DNA from: an uncultured Gammaproteobacteria bacterium
Lineage (GTDB): Bacteria; Patescibacteriota; Patescibacteriia; Magasanikbacterales; GWA2-37-8
DNA: 64,000 nt
Assembly: GCA_964596525.1 (NCBI GenBank)
Contig: CAZQUL010000001.1
Location: 806,509 to 870,508 of the forward strand
Reading direction: 5' to 3'
In this document: positions 28,253-37,544 of the stretch, piece after piece
Layout: the number at the start of each line of letters is the position of its first letter
Numbering within the stretch: position 1 is the stretch's first letter
The notes under the pieces: generated by a model
What the model saw: the letters and a program-made list of their open reading frames with translations, nothing else
Databases searched by the model: none
What the model was told of the DNA's origin: nothing
Program-made: the position numbers and the translations under genes

Positions 28253-28305
28253 AATTGAAGACCGCCCCGAGTCTTCGGAGCGGTGCAGAAGTAGTTGTCT
28301 GTTCT

Positions 28306-28725
28306 TTAGCGGGCGAAGAGGCTGGCAAGTGCCGTCACCGTAACCGTGTAGATCGACGGTTCGGTGGGGCGCTGTTGAAGGGGGCGAAACGGACGGCAGC
28401 GGCGGTTGCGCGCAATGAGCTGGGCGGCCAGTTCGTCTGTCGATCCGCTGCTTGGCGCTGTTGCGGCAGGTGCTGTGTCAGACGATGGTTCGAGGGTTGG
28501 TGCGGATGTTCCACCGCACGGCACGCACTGGGTTCCGTCCCAGCACGTCCCGGGACCGCAAGCACTGCTGCGGGCCTCGCACGTATTGTTTCCAGGATTC
28601 ACCACGGTCCCGGTGCCGCAAGCCGCCGGTCCGCAACCGCCCAGGGTAATGAAAGTACTGTTAAGCAAAAAAACCCCTACCGCAGCAAGCGGTAGTGAGG
28701 AAATTGGTTTCATCCGGCTCTTCAT
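28306..28725 (-). CDS. Cys-rich secreted/lipoprotein-like protein. It looks chimeric: a native signal peptide joined to a high-GC mature domain.
   Basis: RBS AAGGAGG. The signal MKPISSLPLAAVGVFLLNSTFITLGGC is encoded in AT-rich DNA. The mature part (10 Cys, Gly/Pro/Thr-rich) has GC3 near 90%. The plus-strand ORF 28255..28695 is a GC-rich shadow. Confidence 0.55.
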   Translation of the reverse strand: MKSRMKPISSLPLAAVGVFLLNSTFITLGGCGPAACGTGTVVNPGNNTCEARSSACGPGTCWDGTQCVPCGGTSAPTLEPSSDTAPAATAPSSGSTDELAAQLIARNRRCRPFRPLQQRPTEPSIYTVTVTALASLFAR

Positions 28726-28946
28726 GAACGACCTCCTTTTGTTGTGGGGCGGGATCGAGGCTTATGCTAGCATAATGCCTAGATTTTGGCAAGGATATTT
28801 TAGGATAACCGGTGATAGTAAAAAGAGATATTTTTTGCCTAACATTAGCTTGATTTTACCTGCAAACTTGGTATAATCTGATAACTATGTGCTTTCGGCG
28901 CGTAGTGTGCTACGCTAGCTCGGCCTAGCTTTCTATCTGTTTCTCT

Positions 28947-31850
28947 ATGTCTTTTTTCTCCAAATTATTTGGTGATCCTAATGCTAAAGTAATTGCCGGC
29001 ATCCAGCCGATTGTGGAACGCATTAATGCCCTTGAACCTGCTCTCAAAGAATTGACCGCTGAGCAGCTTAAGGCTAAAACCCCGGAATTCAAAGAGCGCT
29101 TGGCTAAAGGGGAAACGCTTGATGATATTTTACCCGAAGCTTTCGCGGTCGTGCGCGAGATGTCGCGCCGCCTTACCGGCATGCGCCACTTCGATGTGCA
29201 GCTCATGGGTGGTATTGTGCTGCATCGCGGTAATATTGCCGAAATGCATACCGGTGAAGGTAAGACGCTTACTGCTACGCTCCCGGTGTATCTCAACGCA
29301 CTCAGTGGTAAGGGCGTGCACGTGGTTACGGTCAACGACTATCTCGCTAAGCGTGATGCCGTGTGGATGGGCCAGATTTACGATGCACTCGGCCTTTCAG
29401 TTGGTATCATCCAGAACCAAATGGTTTCATATCGCTATAGCGCGCACGCAAGAAAAACTGATGAAACAGCTCCGGCTCTGGAAGTAAAACAGGTAGAAGA
29501 AACATCCAACACAGCGCAAAAATCCTTCAGTGAATTGGCCGAAGGTTCTCCTGCCGACAAAGAACGCGACGCCAAAGGTTCCTACAAAGTAGAATACGAC
29601 TTTTTGGAATCATGCACGCGTCAGGAAGCGCACCGCTCCGACATCGTTTACGGCACGAACAACGAATTCGGTTTCGATTATCTGCGCGATAATATGTCCC
29701 AGTCGACCGGCGAGCAGGTTTTGCATGCCCTCAACTTCGCCATCGTCGATGAAGTCGATTCCATCCTTATCGACGAGGCGCGCACGCCGCTCATCATTTC
29801 CGCGCCTATGGAAGAGGCGACCGAGCGCTATTACCGCTTTGCCGAGCTTGTCGAACGCCTCGAAGAAAATACTGATTACAATATCGATGAAAAAATGCGC
29901 GCGGCAACGCTTTCCGAAAACGGTATTAAGAAAATGGAAGAGTGGCTTGGTATCTCGAATATTTATGCTGAAGGCGGCGTGGCGACCGTACACCACGTGG
30001 AACAAGCGCTTCGTGCCAAGGCGCTCTTTAAGCGTGACCGTGATTACGTCATCGAAAACGGCGAAGTGCTCATCGTTGACGAATTTACGGGTCGCAAGAT
30101 GCCGGGCCGTCGCTATAGCGAAGGTCTGCACCAGGCCATCGAAGCTAAAGAGAAAGTTAAAATCCAGCGCGAAAGCCAGACCATGGCCACCGTTACGTTC
30201 CAGAATTTTTTCCGCATGTACGCCAAGCTTTCTGGTATGACCGGTACGGCCGTCACTGAAGCGGAGGAATTCGGCAAAATCTACAAACTCGAAGTAGTGG
30301 TTATTCCGGCTAACAAAGGTAAGCGTCGCGTGGATCATCCCGACCGTATCTACCGTACGCAGCACGCCAAGTTTAAAGCTATTGCCATGCGCGTCAAAGA
30401 GCTTCAGGCCAAGGGCCAGCCGGTTCTTATTGGTACGGTTTCAGTTGTCAAGAACGAGCTCCTTGCGCAGTATCTCGAGCAAGAAGGGGTTAAATTCGAA
30501 GTGCTCAATGCTAAGAACCACGAACGTGAAGGTGAAATCGTGGCCCAGGCCGGTCGGCCGGGTGCGGTGACGCTCGCCACCAACATGGCAGGCCGCGGCG
30601 TCGATATCATTTTGGGCGGAAACCCGGCAATTCCGGCTGATGCCGAGAAAGTCCGTAGCCTTGGCGGTTTGTTTGTTATCGGCACCGAGCGCCATGAGTC
30701 GCGCCGTATCGATAATCAGCTGCGCGGCCGTTCCGGCCGTCAGGGCGATCCGGGTGAAACGCAGTTCTATCTTTCAACTGAAGACGATTTAATGCGTATC
30801 TTTGCCGGTGATCGTATCAAAGCCGTAATGGAAGCACTCAAAGTGCCCGATGACATGCCGATCGAACAACGTTCGCTCACCCGTATCATCGAAAGCGCGC
30901 AGAAGAAAGTGGAAGGCTTCCACTTTGATACCCGCAAACACCTTTTGGAATACGATGACGTGCTCAATCGTCACCGTGAAGTGATTTACGGCAACCGCCG
31001 CAAAGTGCTGGCAAGCTATGACCGCGAACGAGCTGTCCTTACCGCCGGCGCCCCGGCCCTTACCGCCGAAGAAAAAACGCTCCGCGCTATGATTTTCGAT
31101 TACGTCGAGCGCGAGGTTGAGCAGGTCGTTGCGGTGCACACGAGCGCCGAAGAAGGGGAGACATGGAACATGAAAGAGATCACTGAAACCGTGGCGACCA
31201 TCTTTCCGCTCTCGACCGAAGAGCGCGAGGCTATCACGGCGTTCTCTACACGTCCTGAAGCGAAGCTCCATGCGGCTGAACTGCGCACCAAACTCATCGA
31301 GCACATACTCACACTCGCTCGTGCCAAATATGACGAGCTCATCATCCGCCCGTTCCAGCACCCAGAACTCATCCTTGAAATCGAAAAGCAGATCATGCTC
31401 CGCTCTATCGATAACCTGTGGGTTGAGCACCTCGTAGCGGTCGATTATTTGCGCACCGGTATCGGACTACGCGGGTATGGCCAGCGTGATCCGCTCGTCG
31501 AATACAAGAAAGAAACCTACCGCATGTTCAACGAGCTCTTGAGCCTTATTCAAAAAGAAGTGGTGTATACCATCTTTAAAGTCGGTATCGGCATGACACT
31601 CGCTCCGAGTGTTGTTGCTGAAGCTCAAAAAGACTACCAGGCTGCCGACGCTTCGACGGCAGGAGTTGCTCCTCACGATCACAACCACGACCATAATCAT
31701 GCCCATGACGGCCACGATCATGCGCATGGACATCCGCACGCTCATGCAGCGCCAGCTTCTAAAAATCAGAATCCGCCCAAAGAAATGAATCGCAACGATC
31801 TCTGTTACTGTGGTTCGGGCAAGAAGTTTAAGAAATGCCATGGTGCCTAA
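28947..31850 (+). CDS. secA: preprotein translocase ATPase SecA
   Basis: 967 aa. DEAD-motor motifs, C-terminal zinc finger CYCGSGKKFKKCHG, plus a His-rich tract. Confidence 0.95.
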   Translation: MSFFSKLFGDPNAKVIAGIQPIVERINALEPALKELTAEQLKAKTPEFKERLAKGETLDDILPEAFAVVREMSRRLTGMRHFDVQLMGGIVLHRGNIAEMHTGEGKTLTATLPVYLNALSGKGVHVVTVNDYLAKRDAVWMGQIYDALGLSVGIIQNQMVSYRYSAHARKTDETAPALEVKQVEETSNTAQKSFSELAEGSPADKERDAKGSYKVEYDFLESCTRQEAHRSDIVYGTNNEFGFDYLRDNMSQSTGEQVLHALNFAIVDEVDSILIDEARTPLIISAPMEEATERYYRFAELVERLEENTDYNIDEKMRAATLSENGIKKMEEWLGISNIYAEGGVATVHHVEQALRAKALFKRDRDYVIENGEVLIVDEFTGRKMPGRRYSEGLHQAIEAKEKVKIQRESQTMATVTFQNFFRMYAKLSGMTGTAVTEAEEFGKIYKLEVVVIPANKGKRRVDHPDRIYRTQHAKFKAIAMRVKELQAKGQPVLIGTVSVVKNELLAQYLEQEGVKFEVLNAKNHEREGEIVAQAGRPGAVTLATNMAGRGVDIILGGNPAIPADAEKVRSLGGLFVIGTERHESRRIDNQLRGRSGRQGDPGETQFYLSTEDDLMRIFAGDRIKAVMEALKVPDDMPIEQRSLTRIIESAQKKVEGFHFDTRKHLLEYDDVLNRHREVIYGNRRKVLASYDRERAVLTAGAPALTAEEKTLRAMIFDYVEREVEQVVAVHTSAEEGETWNMKEITETVATIFPLSTEEREAITAFSTRPEAKLHAAELRTKLIEHILTLARAKYDELIIRPFQHPELILEIEKQIMLRSIDNLWVEHLVAVDYLRTGIGLRGYGQRDPLVEYKKETYRMFNELLSLIQKEVVYTIFKVGIGMTLAPSVVAEAQKDYQAADASTAGVAPHDHNHDHNHAHDGHDHAHGHPHAHAAPASKNQNPPKEMNRNDLCYCGSGKKFKKCHGA

Positions 31851-31856
31851 ATTATT

Positions 31857-31889
31857 AAAAAGGAACTTTACAACAGAGTTCCTTTTTAA
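31857..31889 (+). terminator. rho-independent terminator after secA
   Basis: AAAAAGGAACT-ttacaacag-AGTTCCTTTTTAA. Confidence 0.7.
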
Positions 31890-31900
31890 TTGACGAATCT

Positions 31901-32239
31901 ATGCCTGGCATTACCGATACCAATAAAATCGACCTTATCGCCCGCACTAAAGATGGACGTGCTGAGCTGGTAATCGTCGAAGAACATCCGTGGACCGGAA
32001 CCGAAGAGCGCCTCAAGATGTTTCTCGAAAAAATTAAAACGTATGTTGCGTACGCTCTCGGCGATCAGTTCAAGGAGATGTACCCGGATCTCGCTCAAAA
32101 AATCGTGACTATCAAGATTATGATGTTTCATGAGTTTGATCCAATTACCAAGAAATTGTTTGATGCCCTATCCGAGGATATCAACAAAAAATACCAGATC
32201 GTGATCGAATCAAAGATAATGGACATAAACAAAACCTAG
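31901..32239 (+). CDS. hypothetical protein (112 aa)
   Basis: Clean ORF between secA and the next gene. No motif recognised. Confidence 0.5.
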   Translation: MPGITDTNKIDLIARTKDGRAELVIVEEHPWTGTEERLKMFLEKIKTYVAYALGDQFKEMYPDLAQKIVTIKIMMFHEFDPITKKLFDALSEDINKKYQIVIESKIMDINKT

Positions 32240-32317
32240 CCTTCGATATCATGCGGAGTCTGAAAAATTTTCTCGTATCGTGTCTGCTGAATTTACTTTG
32301 CTCTTAGCCAGCTTTAT

Positions 32318-34528
32318 ATGCGTGAAAGCATGCGCTTAGATCCTTCTGCGATCGGTAGGACTGATAACGCACGGCTGCCATCTCGTGAGCTTGGTGAGAT
32401 TTCCTCTGCGCCCAAACAAGAGAATGTTCTCAAAAACGAAGCAGCGCGCATGTTTGAACATGCCGATATGTATCGTTTGCCCGGGGATTCTTCGCTCACT
32501 GAAAAAGATTTTAAACGTTACTTTGAAAGTAATGCGCGGTTTGAGGAGCAGCTTTCGGAAATGTTGGTTGCGGGATTAGAAAATTCGGAAACACACGAAG
32601 CACTTTCAGCTTTCCGCATGCTTGTCCAAAAGGATTTTTTGGCTGAATATCCGGCGGTGCTTTCGTTCGTTAACCGTATGATCGAGTCTGGCGACTATGG
32701 TGCACAGCGCTTGATCCTCGATTATATTCCTGTACTCAAGCCCGAAGATAGGGGAAGGTACATTGATGAGATTTTTGAAAAAGGAAATATCGAATTACAA
32801 GAAAAGGCAGCTTCGTTTCTCAAATTTATTCCGCCTAATGAGGGTGAGAGGTTGCGTCGGAAATTAGGTCAAATCCTATGGAACTACTTGACGGAAAATC
32901 CAGCGCTCTACGAGTCACACGGTTTTCCTTTCGAGATAATAGACAATGTTCCTGAAGGCGATCGGAATAAAGCACAAGAGTATATCGCCAACTTAATCAA
33001 AGAAGCGCTCCGAGCGCCGTCATTATCGGATCGTCGGGGGTATGCATATCTCACCTGCGTGCTTCCTTCTGATATGCAGAAAAAATTCATAAACCAATAT
33101 TTTTCCGACAAGAATACCAAGCTCACCTCGTATTTTTTGCGCGAGATGGGGTATCGGAAAGAGCGAGTTGACCCTGCTTTTTTTACCGGCTTACCAGAGG
33201 TTATTGAGCGCGGACTTAACGGAGAAAATGATGATTTTGCCGAGTCCCTTTCCGATTTGATCCCCCAAGCGCCGGTCGCTAACCGAGGGCGGCTTGTCGA
33301 ACAGGCTCTTAGCTATCCGTCGCAACGAGTGCGTTCGCGCGCAGTCAGTGCCCTCCGTAGCGTCTCTTCTTCCGATCTTCCTTTGCTGGTCGATAAGTGT
33401 TTATCCTCGTCTTATAGTAAAGTGGCTTACACGGCTTTGGATCATCTCAATCGAATGGTTTCGGAAGAGAAAATTAGTCTTCAGCCGGCAGTGCGGCGCG
33501 TGGTAGAAAAAATGCTCGATTCGGACGATTATTCGGATTTTGTCGCTGGACTCGCTTCTTTTCCCCACCTTTCGCCATTCGATCAGGAATTAATGCTCGA
33601 AAAGGTTCCGAGTTTACTTGATACTTTTTTTAAAGATCCTGATATTGCTTTGCGTATTTTCAGGCATTTTCGTTTTGACGCGCTTCCGCATAATGTCTGC
33701 GCTTTGATAGACGTTCGGTTGCCGGAGCTCCTGAAAGAAGTTTTTTCTTTCCAAAACCGAGAACACTGGTCGCAAGCCTTACGGCTTATCGATCGGTTGC
33801 CGATGGTCGAAAAGGATTCGTTTTATGATCTAGCGGTAGGTACAATAAAAGAAACCTATGAATCGGGTAGTCTAAAAGACGTGGTCGCATTGCTTGGTGA
33901 ATTATCGGATGAGATGTCCTCGGCATTCGCGAAAAAACTACCTGCAATTTCGCCGGTTTTAAGCGAGTATCTCTTGAGGAAGGCCTCGCACTCTCCTTTG
34001 TATAACAAGTTTCCCGAGCCGTTCACGAAAGAGGATTTTGCTAAAGACGGTTCGACAACTACGTTACTCGATCGTATTCCAGGTCTCGACAATGTATCAC
34101 TGCGCGAACGGGTTATTATCCGACATATTGGGCCGCAATACTACGCCGTCTGGAAAAAGGCTTATGAAGCGATTGATTGCTGGAAACGGCACGGCTTTAA
34201 CTATGTTCCGGTCGAACCGATCGTCGGCGTTTCGATGCCAGCACTAAATAAGCCGGTTGATGTATACACAAGAGTGATAAACGGGCCATCGGCCGCTCTA
34301 TGGCTCGAGGACGGTGGGTTATATCAAGGCCGTATTGACCAACAGATCCATAGCATCAAGCTTGCTTTAAGTGAACTTGGTATCATCCATGGCCATGATT
34401 ACCATAAAGGCAATTTCGTCGTGTGTTTCGAACGTGATGGCGCTTCGGGTAAACCGATCCTCACCGCGCCGCCACGAGTGTATGTGATCGATTTTGATCA
34501 AGCTACGTCTATTAAAGAAAAGAAATAA
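32318..34528 (+). CDS. hypothetical protein with helical-repeat N-terminal region and C-terminal protein-kinase-like domain
   Basis: The C-terminus HGHDYHKGNFVVCF...PRVYVIDFDQATS resembles a kinase catalytic loop (HxD..N) and a DFG-like (IDFD) segment. The N-terminal 550 aa look like HEAT/ARM repeats. Confidence 0.6.
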   Translation: MRESMRLDPSAIGRTDNARLPSRELGEISSAPKQENVLKNEAARMFEHADMYRLPGDSSLTEKDFKRYFESNARFEEQLSEMLVAGLENSETHEALSAFRMLVQKDFLAEYPAVLSFVNRMIESGDYGAQRLILDYIPVLKPEDRGRYIDEIFEKGNIELQEKAASFLKFIPPNEGERLRRKLGQILWNYLTENPALYESHGFPFEIIDNVPEGDRNKAQEYIANLIKEALRAPSLSDRRGYAYLTCVLPSDMQKKFINQYFSDKNTKLTSYFLREMGYRKERVDPAFFTGLPEVIERGLNGENDDFAESLSDLIPQAPVANRGRLVEQALSYPSQRVRSRAVSALRSVSSSDLPLLVDKCLSSSYSKVAYTALDHLNRMVSEEKISLQPAVRRVVEKMLDSDDYSDFVAGLASFPHLSPFDQELMLEKVPSLLDTFFKDPDIALRIFRHFRFDALPHNVCALIDVRLPELLKEVFSFQNREHWSQALRLIDRLPMVEKDSFYDLAVGTIKETYESGSLKDVVALLGELSDEMSSAFAKKLPAISPVLSEYLLRKASHSPLYNKFPEPFTKEDFAKDGSTTTLLDRIPGLDNVSLRERVIIRHIGPQYYAVWKKAYEAIDCWKRHGFNYVPVEPIVGVSMPALNKPVDVYTRVINGPSAALWLEDGGLYQGRIDQQIHSIKLALSELGIIHGHDYHKGNFVVCFERDGASGKPILTAPPRVYVIDFDQATSIKEKK

Positions 34529-34537
34529 GAACTCGAA

Positions 34538-34861
34538 ATGCCCAAAATTACCACCTTCAAAAATGATTCCTTCAAGAAAAGCCGCGGCGGTTATTCACGT
34601 TGGTTGTCTTTAAGGTGTGAAAAATGTCAGACTCCGCTCTTGACGTATCAGAAAGACGGGCCGGGAATTCTGAAGCGGTTGTATGTGGATCGAATCGTTT
34701 TTCCGACTGATTTCGATCCAAAGAAAAATTTAGTATGCGCTGGATGCGATGTGCTTATTGGCATTCTTATCGTATACGAGAAAGAAAATCGGCCAGCGTA
34801 CCGTTTATTTGCGGAGGCGATTGAAAAGAAAATTATCAAAAGCTGTACTCTACCGAAATAA
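34538..34861 (+). CDS. zinc-ribbon hypothetical protein
   Basis: CEKC...CAGC pair (CxxC-N46-CxxC). Confidence 0.5.
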   Translation: MPKITTFKNDSFKKSRGGYSRWLSLRCEKCQTPLLTYQKDGPGILKRLYVDRIVFPTDFDPKKNLVCAGCDVLIGILIVYEKENRPAYRLFAEAIEKKIIKSCTLPK

Positions 34862-34866
34862 TTTTT

Positions 34867-35856
34867 ATGTTTACTACCAATCATCCTGATCCGCTCAAAA
34901 TTCTCTCGTCTACCCGTCCATTGGTTGAAAATGCTCGCTTCGTTACCATCAACCCGGCGGCGATTGATGAATTTTTGGCCCACCTCAAACCAAAACTCAC
35001 TGCTATCGCGGGGAGTTATGCCACTTCCCTCAAACATGGTGAAACGCTCGACGAAAGCGTGCAGCTCCTCTTTATCATGTCATCGGTCAACTTCTGTTTT
35101 TGGGCAGCGCCCCGCGAGAAGAAATGGAGTGTGGAATGGCCAGTGGGCGTGGTAAGCAAAGGCGGATTTTTCTCGCTTGTTAGCGTATTTAGACGAGCTT
35201 TGGCAACAGGAATGCCGCTCGCGGATGCAGGGTATCTTGCGACGTTACCCCTTGCGGATGCTGAGGAGTTATTTAGGGGTTATGACGGAACGAGTATTCC
35301 GCTTTTCGAGGAACGTGTCGCCAATCTGCGCGAAATCGGTCGGGTACTCGCTCTTTCGTACGAAGGAAAAGCGATGAATCTCATTGAAGAAGCCGGATTC
35401 GACGCGGTTAACCTGGCGACGCTCCTCGTCGAAGAATTTCCGTCATTCGCCGATATCGTTGCGCATGACAACGGGCGCTATATGTTTCTTAAGCGAGCTC
35501 AATTATTCGTTAATGACTTGGTGCATCTAGCCGAATTTTTTCCCGAATTTAAGCTTTTAAATACCGACCAGATCGTGACGCTCGCGGATTATCGTTTACC
35601 GCAGGTGCTCGAGCATTTCGGTCTTATTTCGTACGCGGATGATTTGATGCAGCGCTTAAAAGCGTATGACGAGCTTGCGCCAGGGAGTCGTGAAGAACTT
35701 GAAATCCGAGCGGCGACGATTTGGGCGGTTGAGCTTGTGCGTCAGCAACTCGGTGTGCCTGCTACGACGACGGTGGATACGGCCATCTGGCTTCTGGCCC
35801 AGGATTTGCGTGAGGACATGAAGCCGCATCATCGGACGCGGACAACGGCATATTAG
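34867..35856 (+). CDS. DUF2419-like protein (queuosine salvage / Qng1-like family), tentative
   Basis: SSVNFCFWAAP and the overall length and pattern are reminiscent of the DUF2419 family. I could not verify this without a search. Confidence 0.45.
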   Translation: MFTTNHPDPLKILSSTRPLVENARFVTINPAAIDEFLAHLKPKLTAIAGSYATSLKHGETLDESVQLLFIMSSVNFCFWAAPREKKWSVEWPVGVVSKGGFFSLVSVFRRALATGMPLADAGYLATLPLADAEELFRGYDGTSIPLFEERVANLREIGRVLALSYEGKAMNLIEEAGFDAVNLATLLVEEFPSFADIVAHDNGRYMFLKRAQLFVNDLVHLAEFFPEFKLLNTDQIVTLADYRLPQVLEHFGLISYADDLMQRLKAYDELAPGSREELEIRAATIWAVELVRQQLGVPATTTVDTAIWLLAQDLREDMKPHHRTRTTAY

Positions 35857-35884
35857 TTCATAACCGTTGATTTTTTAAAACATA

Positions 35885-35909
35885 AAAGGAAGTAGGTCAT
35901 ACTTCCTTT
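35885..35909. terminator. bidirectional terminator
   Basis: AAAGGAAGTA-ggtca-TACTTCCTTT between convergent genes. Confidence 0.7.
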
Positions 35910-35931
35910 GCAAAGAACGAAGGCGTGCCGG

Positions 35932-37365
35932 TCAGCGCAGCACGATGCTCATGGCGATGATCCAGAGCACGTACACGATGACGGTGCGCAGCATGAGCGG
36001 GATCGCCGCTCGCCTCCAGGCGCTTGATTCGACCTGGAGGGCTGCGCGAATCGGGAAGTTGGGAATGTTCCCGGGTGGGGTGAGCGTGCCGCCGAAGAGC
36101 GCCGCGAGCATGATGGCGATGATGATGATCGTCGCCGCCGCCATGCTCAGCTTCCCGTTCGCGATGAGCGGCACTACCAAGGCCGCGAAGACCTTGGTGA
36201 TGAGTGCATTGTCGGCGTACCCCGATGCCGGCGCTGCCACCAGAAAGAAGAGCGCGGCGACGGCCAGCGTGGGCAGGTCGAGGGGGATGAACCCTGCAGC
36301 CCAGCTCACGAAGGGCGCCCCCACGGTTCCGATCACGTCGAGAGCGGCGAGAAGGGCGGCGAGGACGATCGGCTCCCACTTGGCCTTGGTGCGGTCCTCG
36401 AGCACCTTGTGCGGCAGATTGTCGTGGCGAGGGAAGCGGCTGCGCGAGATGAAGTAGTTGGCGATGCCCGTTGCCGCATCGACGAGGGCGAGAAGGATGT
36501 TCTCGCTGATCGCGATGTGGGCGGTGATCATGATGCCGAGGTGCAGGAGGGGCAGTGCCATCTTGTCCGAGAAGCCGAAGGGCTTGAGGATCGGGTACCG
36601 AGCCTCTTCCTTCATGAGGCTGAGCGCGCCCCGACTCGTGAAGAGCACGTAGATGAAGCAGGGGAGCCCGACGAGGGCCAGATAGGTCCCCAGCCCCCAG
36701 CCAAAGCTCGTCTGGAGCACACCCCAGACGATGATGACCGGGGGTGCGACGTACGGCAGGATGCCGTTGCCGCTACCGATGACGGCAGCGAGCTTCACCG
36801 CGAGCTCCGCGCGCTTGTCGGAGCGCACGCGCTCCTCGAGATACTTGACGAGCACCACGCTCGCCGCTGGCCCCATGAGGCTGGCCATGAGGCCACCTCC
36901 GACGAGAACGAGCCATAGGCCGCCGACATACTCGAGTGCCCGCAGGATGGGCTGCGTGTGGGGGGCGGCGATGCGAGCGGCCGCGAGAATGCCGAGCAGT
37001 GCCAGGCAGTTGTACACGACGGACGCATGGATGAGGAAGTGGCCCGTCGAGATGAAGACCGCGCCAAGCGCGATCACGCCGACGGCGATGCCGGCGTACT
37101 CACCCTCATCGGTGGTCTTGTGCAGAAAACGGATGAGGGACTTGTGCTCGCGCAGCCAGGTGCGAGGGCGGCCGATGATCATGAGGTCCGCCTTGGCGAA
37201 CCCGAGCATGGCAGCGATCGCGGCCAGGAGGAGAAGTCCTCCGCTTACGACCGCGCTTCCATGCGTGAGCTGCACGGCGAGAAACGCTACGAGGCACAGA
37301 ATCCCGAGATAGCACTCGAGGATTGCCTCCTTAACTCCAACCAGTGCATTGTCCTTGTGCGACAT
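35932..37365 (-). CDS. high-GC polytopic ion-transporter-like membrane protein (477 aa)
   Basis: At least 10 predicted TM helices. Resembles the NhaD/ArsB/CitMHS-type ion transporter superfamily by topology only. RBS AGGGAGGG. GC is about 63-65% with high GC3, and the flanks are AT-rich. Confidence 0.7.
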   Translation of the reverse strand: MSHKDNALVGVKEAILECYLGILCLVAFLAVQLTHGSAVVSGGLLLLAAIAAMLGFAKADLMIIGRPRTWLREHKSLIRFLHKTTDEGEYAGIAVGVIALGAVFISTGHFLIHASVVYNCLALLGILAAARIAAPHTQPILRALEYVGGLWLVLVGGGLMASLMGPAASVVLVKYLEERVRSDKRAELAVKLAAVIGSGNGILPYVAPPVIIVWGVLQTSFGWGLGTYLALVGLPCFIYVLFTSRGALSLMKEEARYPILKPFGFSDKMALPLLHLGIMITAHIAISENILLALVDAATGIANYFISRSRFPRHDNLPHKVLEDRTKAKWEPIVLAALLAALDVIGTVGAPFVSWAAGFIPLDLPTLAVAALFFLVAAPASGYADNALITKVFAALVVPLIANGKLSMAAATIIIIAIMLAALFGGTLTPPGNIPNFPIRAALQVESSAWRRAAIPLMLRTVIVYVLWIIAMSIVLR

Positions 37366-37445
37366 CGTTTTTCCCTCCCTTTATTCATGTTGTCAATGTC
37401 CGATGCGTTCCTTCGCCTGCGTTTTTTTCACAAGCGAATCGCAGT

Positions 37446-37474
37446 AGTTTATGTCTTTTTTCCTTCTTTGTCAA
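37446..37474 (-). promoter_or_regulatory. sigma70-like promoter CTCTTGACAA-N17-TAAACT for the transporter gene
   Basis: Minus strand TTGACA, 17-nt spacer, TAAACT, about 80 nt upstream of the 37365 ATG. Confidence 0.5.
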
Positions 37475-37504
37475 GAGCAAAATCCCTTTTATAATTCGAC
37501 GTGC

Positions 37505-37541
37505 AACAAAAAAACAGACCGGGAAAAGGCCTGTTTTTTTG
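37505..37541. terminator. bidirectional terminator after atpC
   Basis: AAAAAAACAGACC-gggaaaa-GGCCTGTTTTTTTG. Confidence 0.6.
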
Positions 37542-37544
37542 TGT

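Noticed and set aside
28255-28695. 146-aa plus-strand ORF
   Set aside because: Antisense to the Cys-rich secreted gene, Arg/Ala-rich junk-like sequence, no RBS. It is a shadow of the GC-rich segment.
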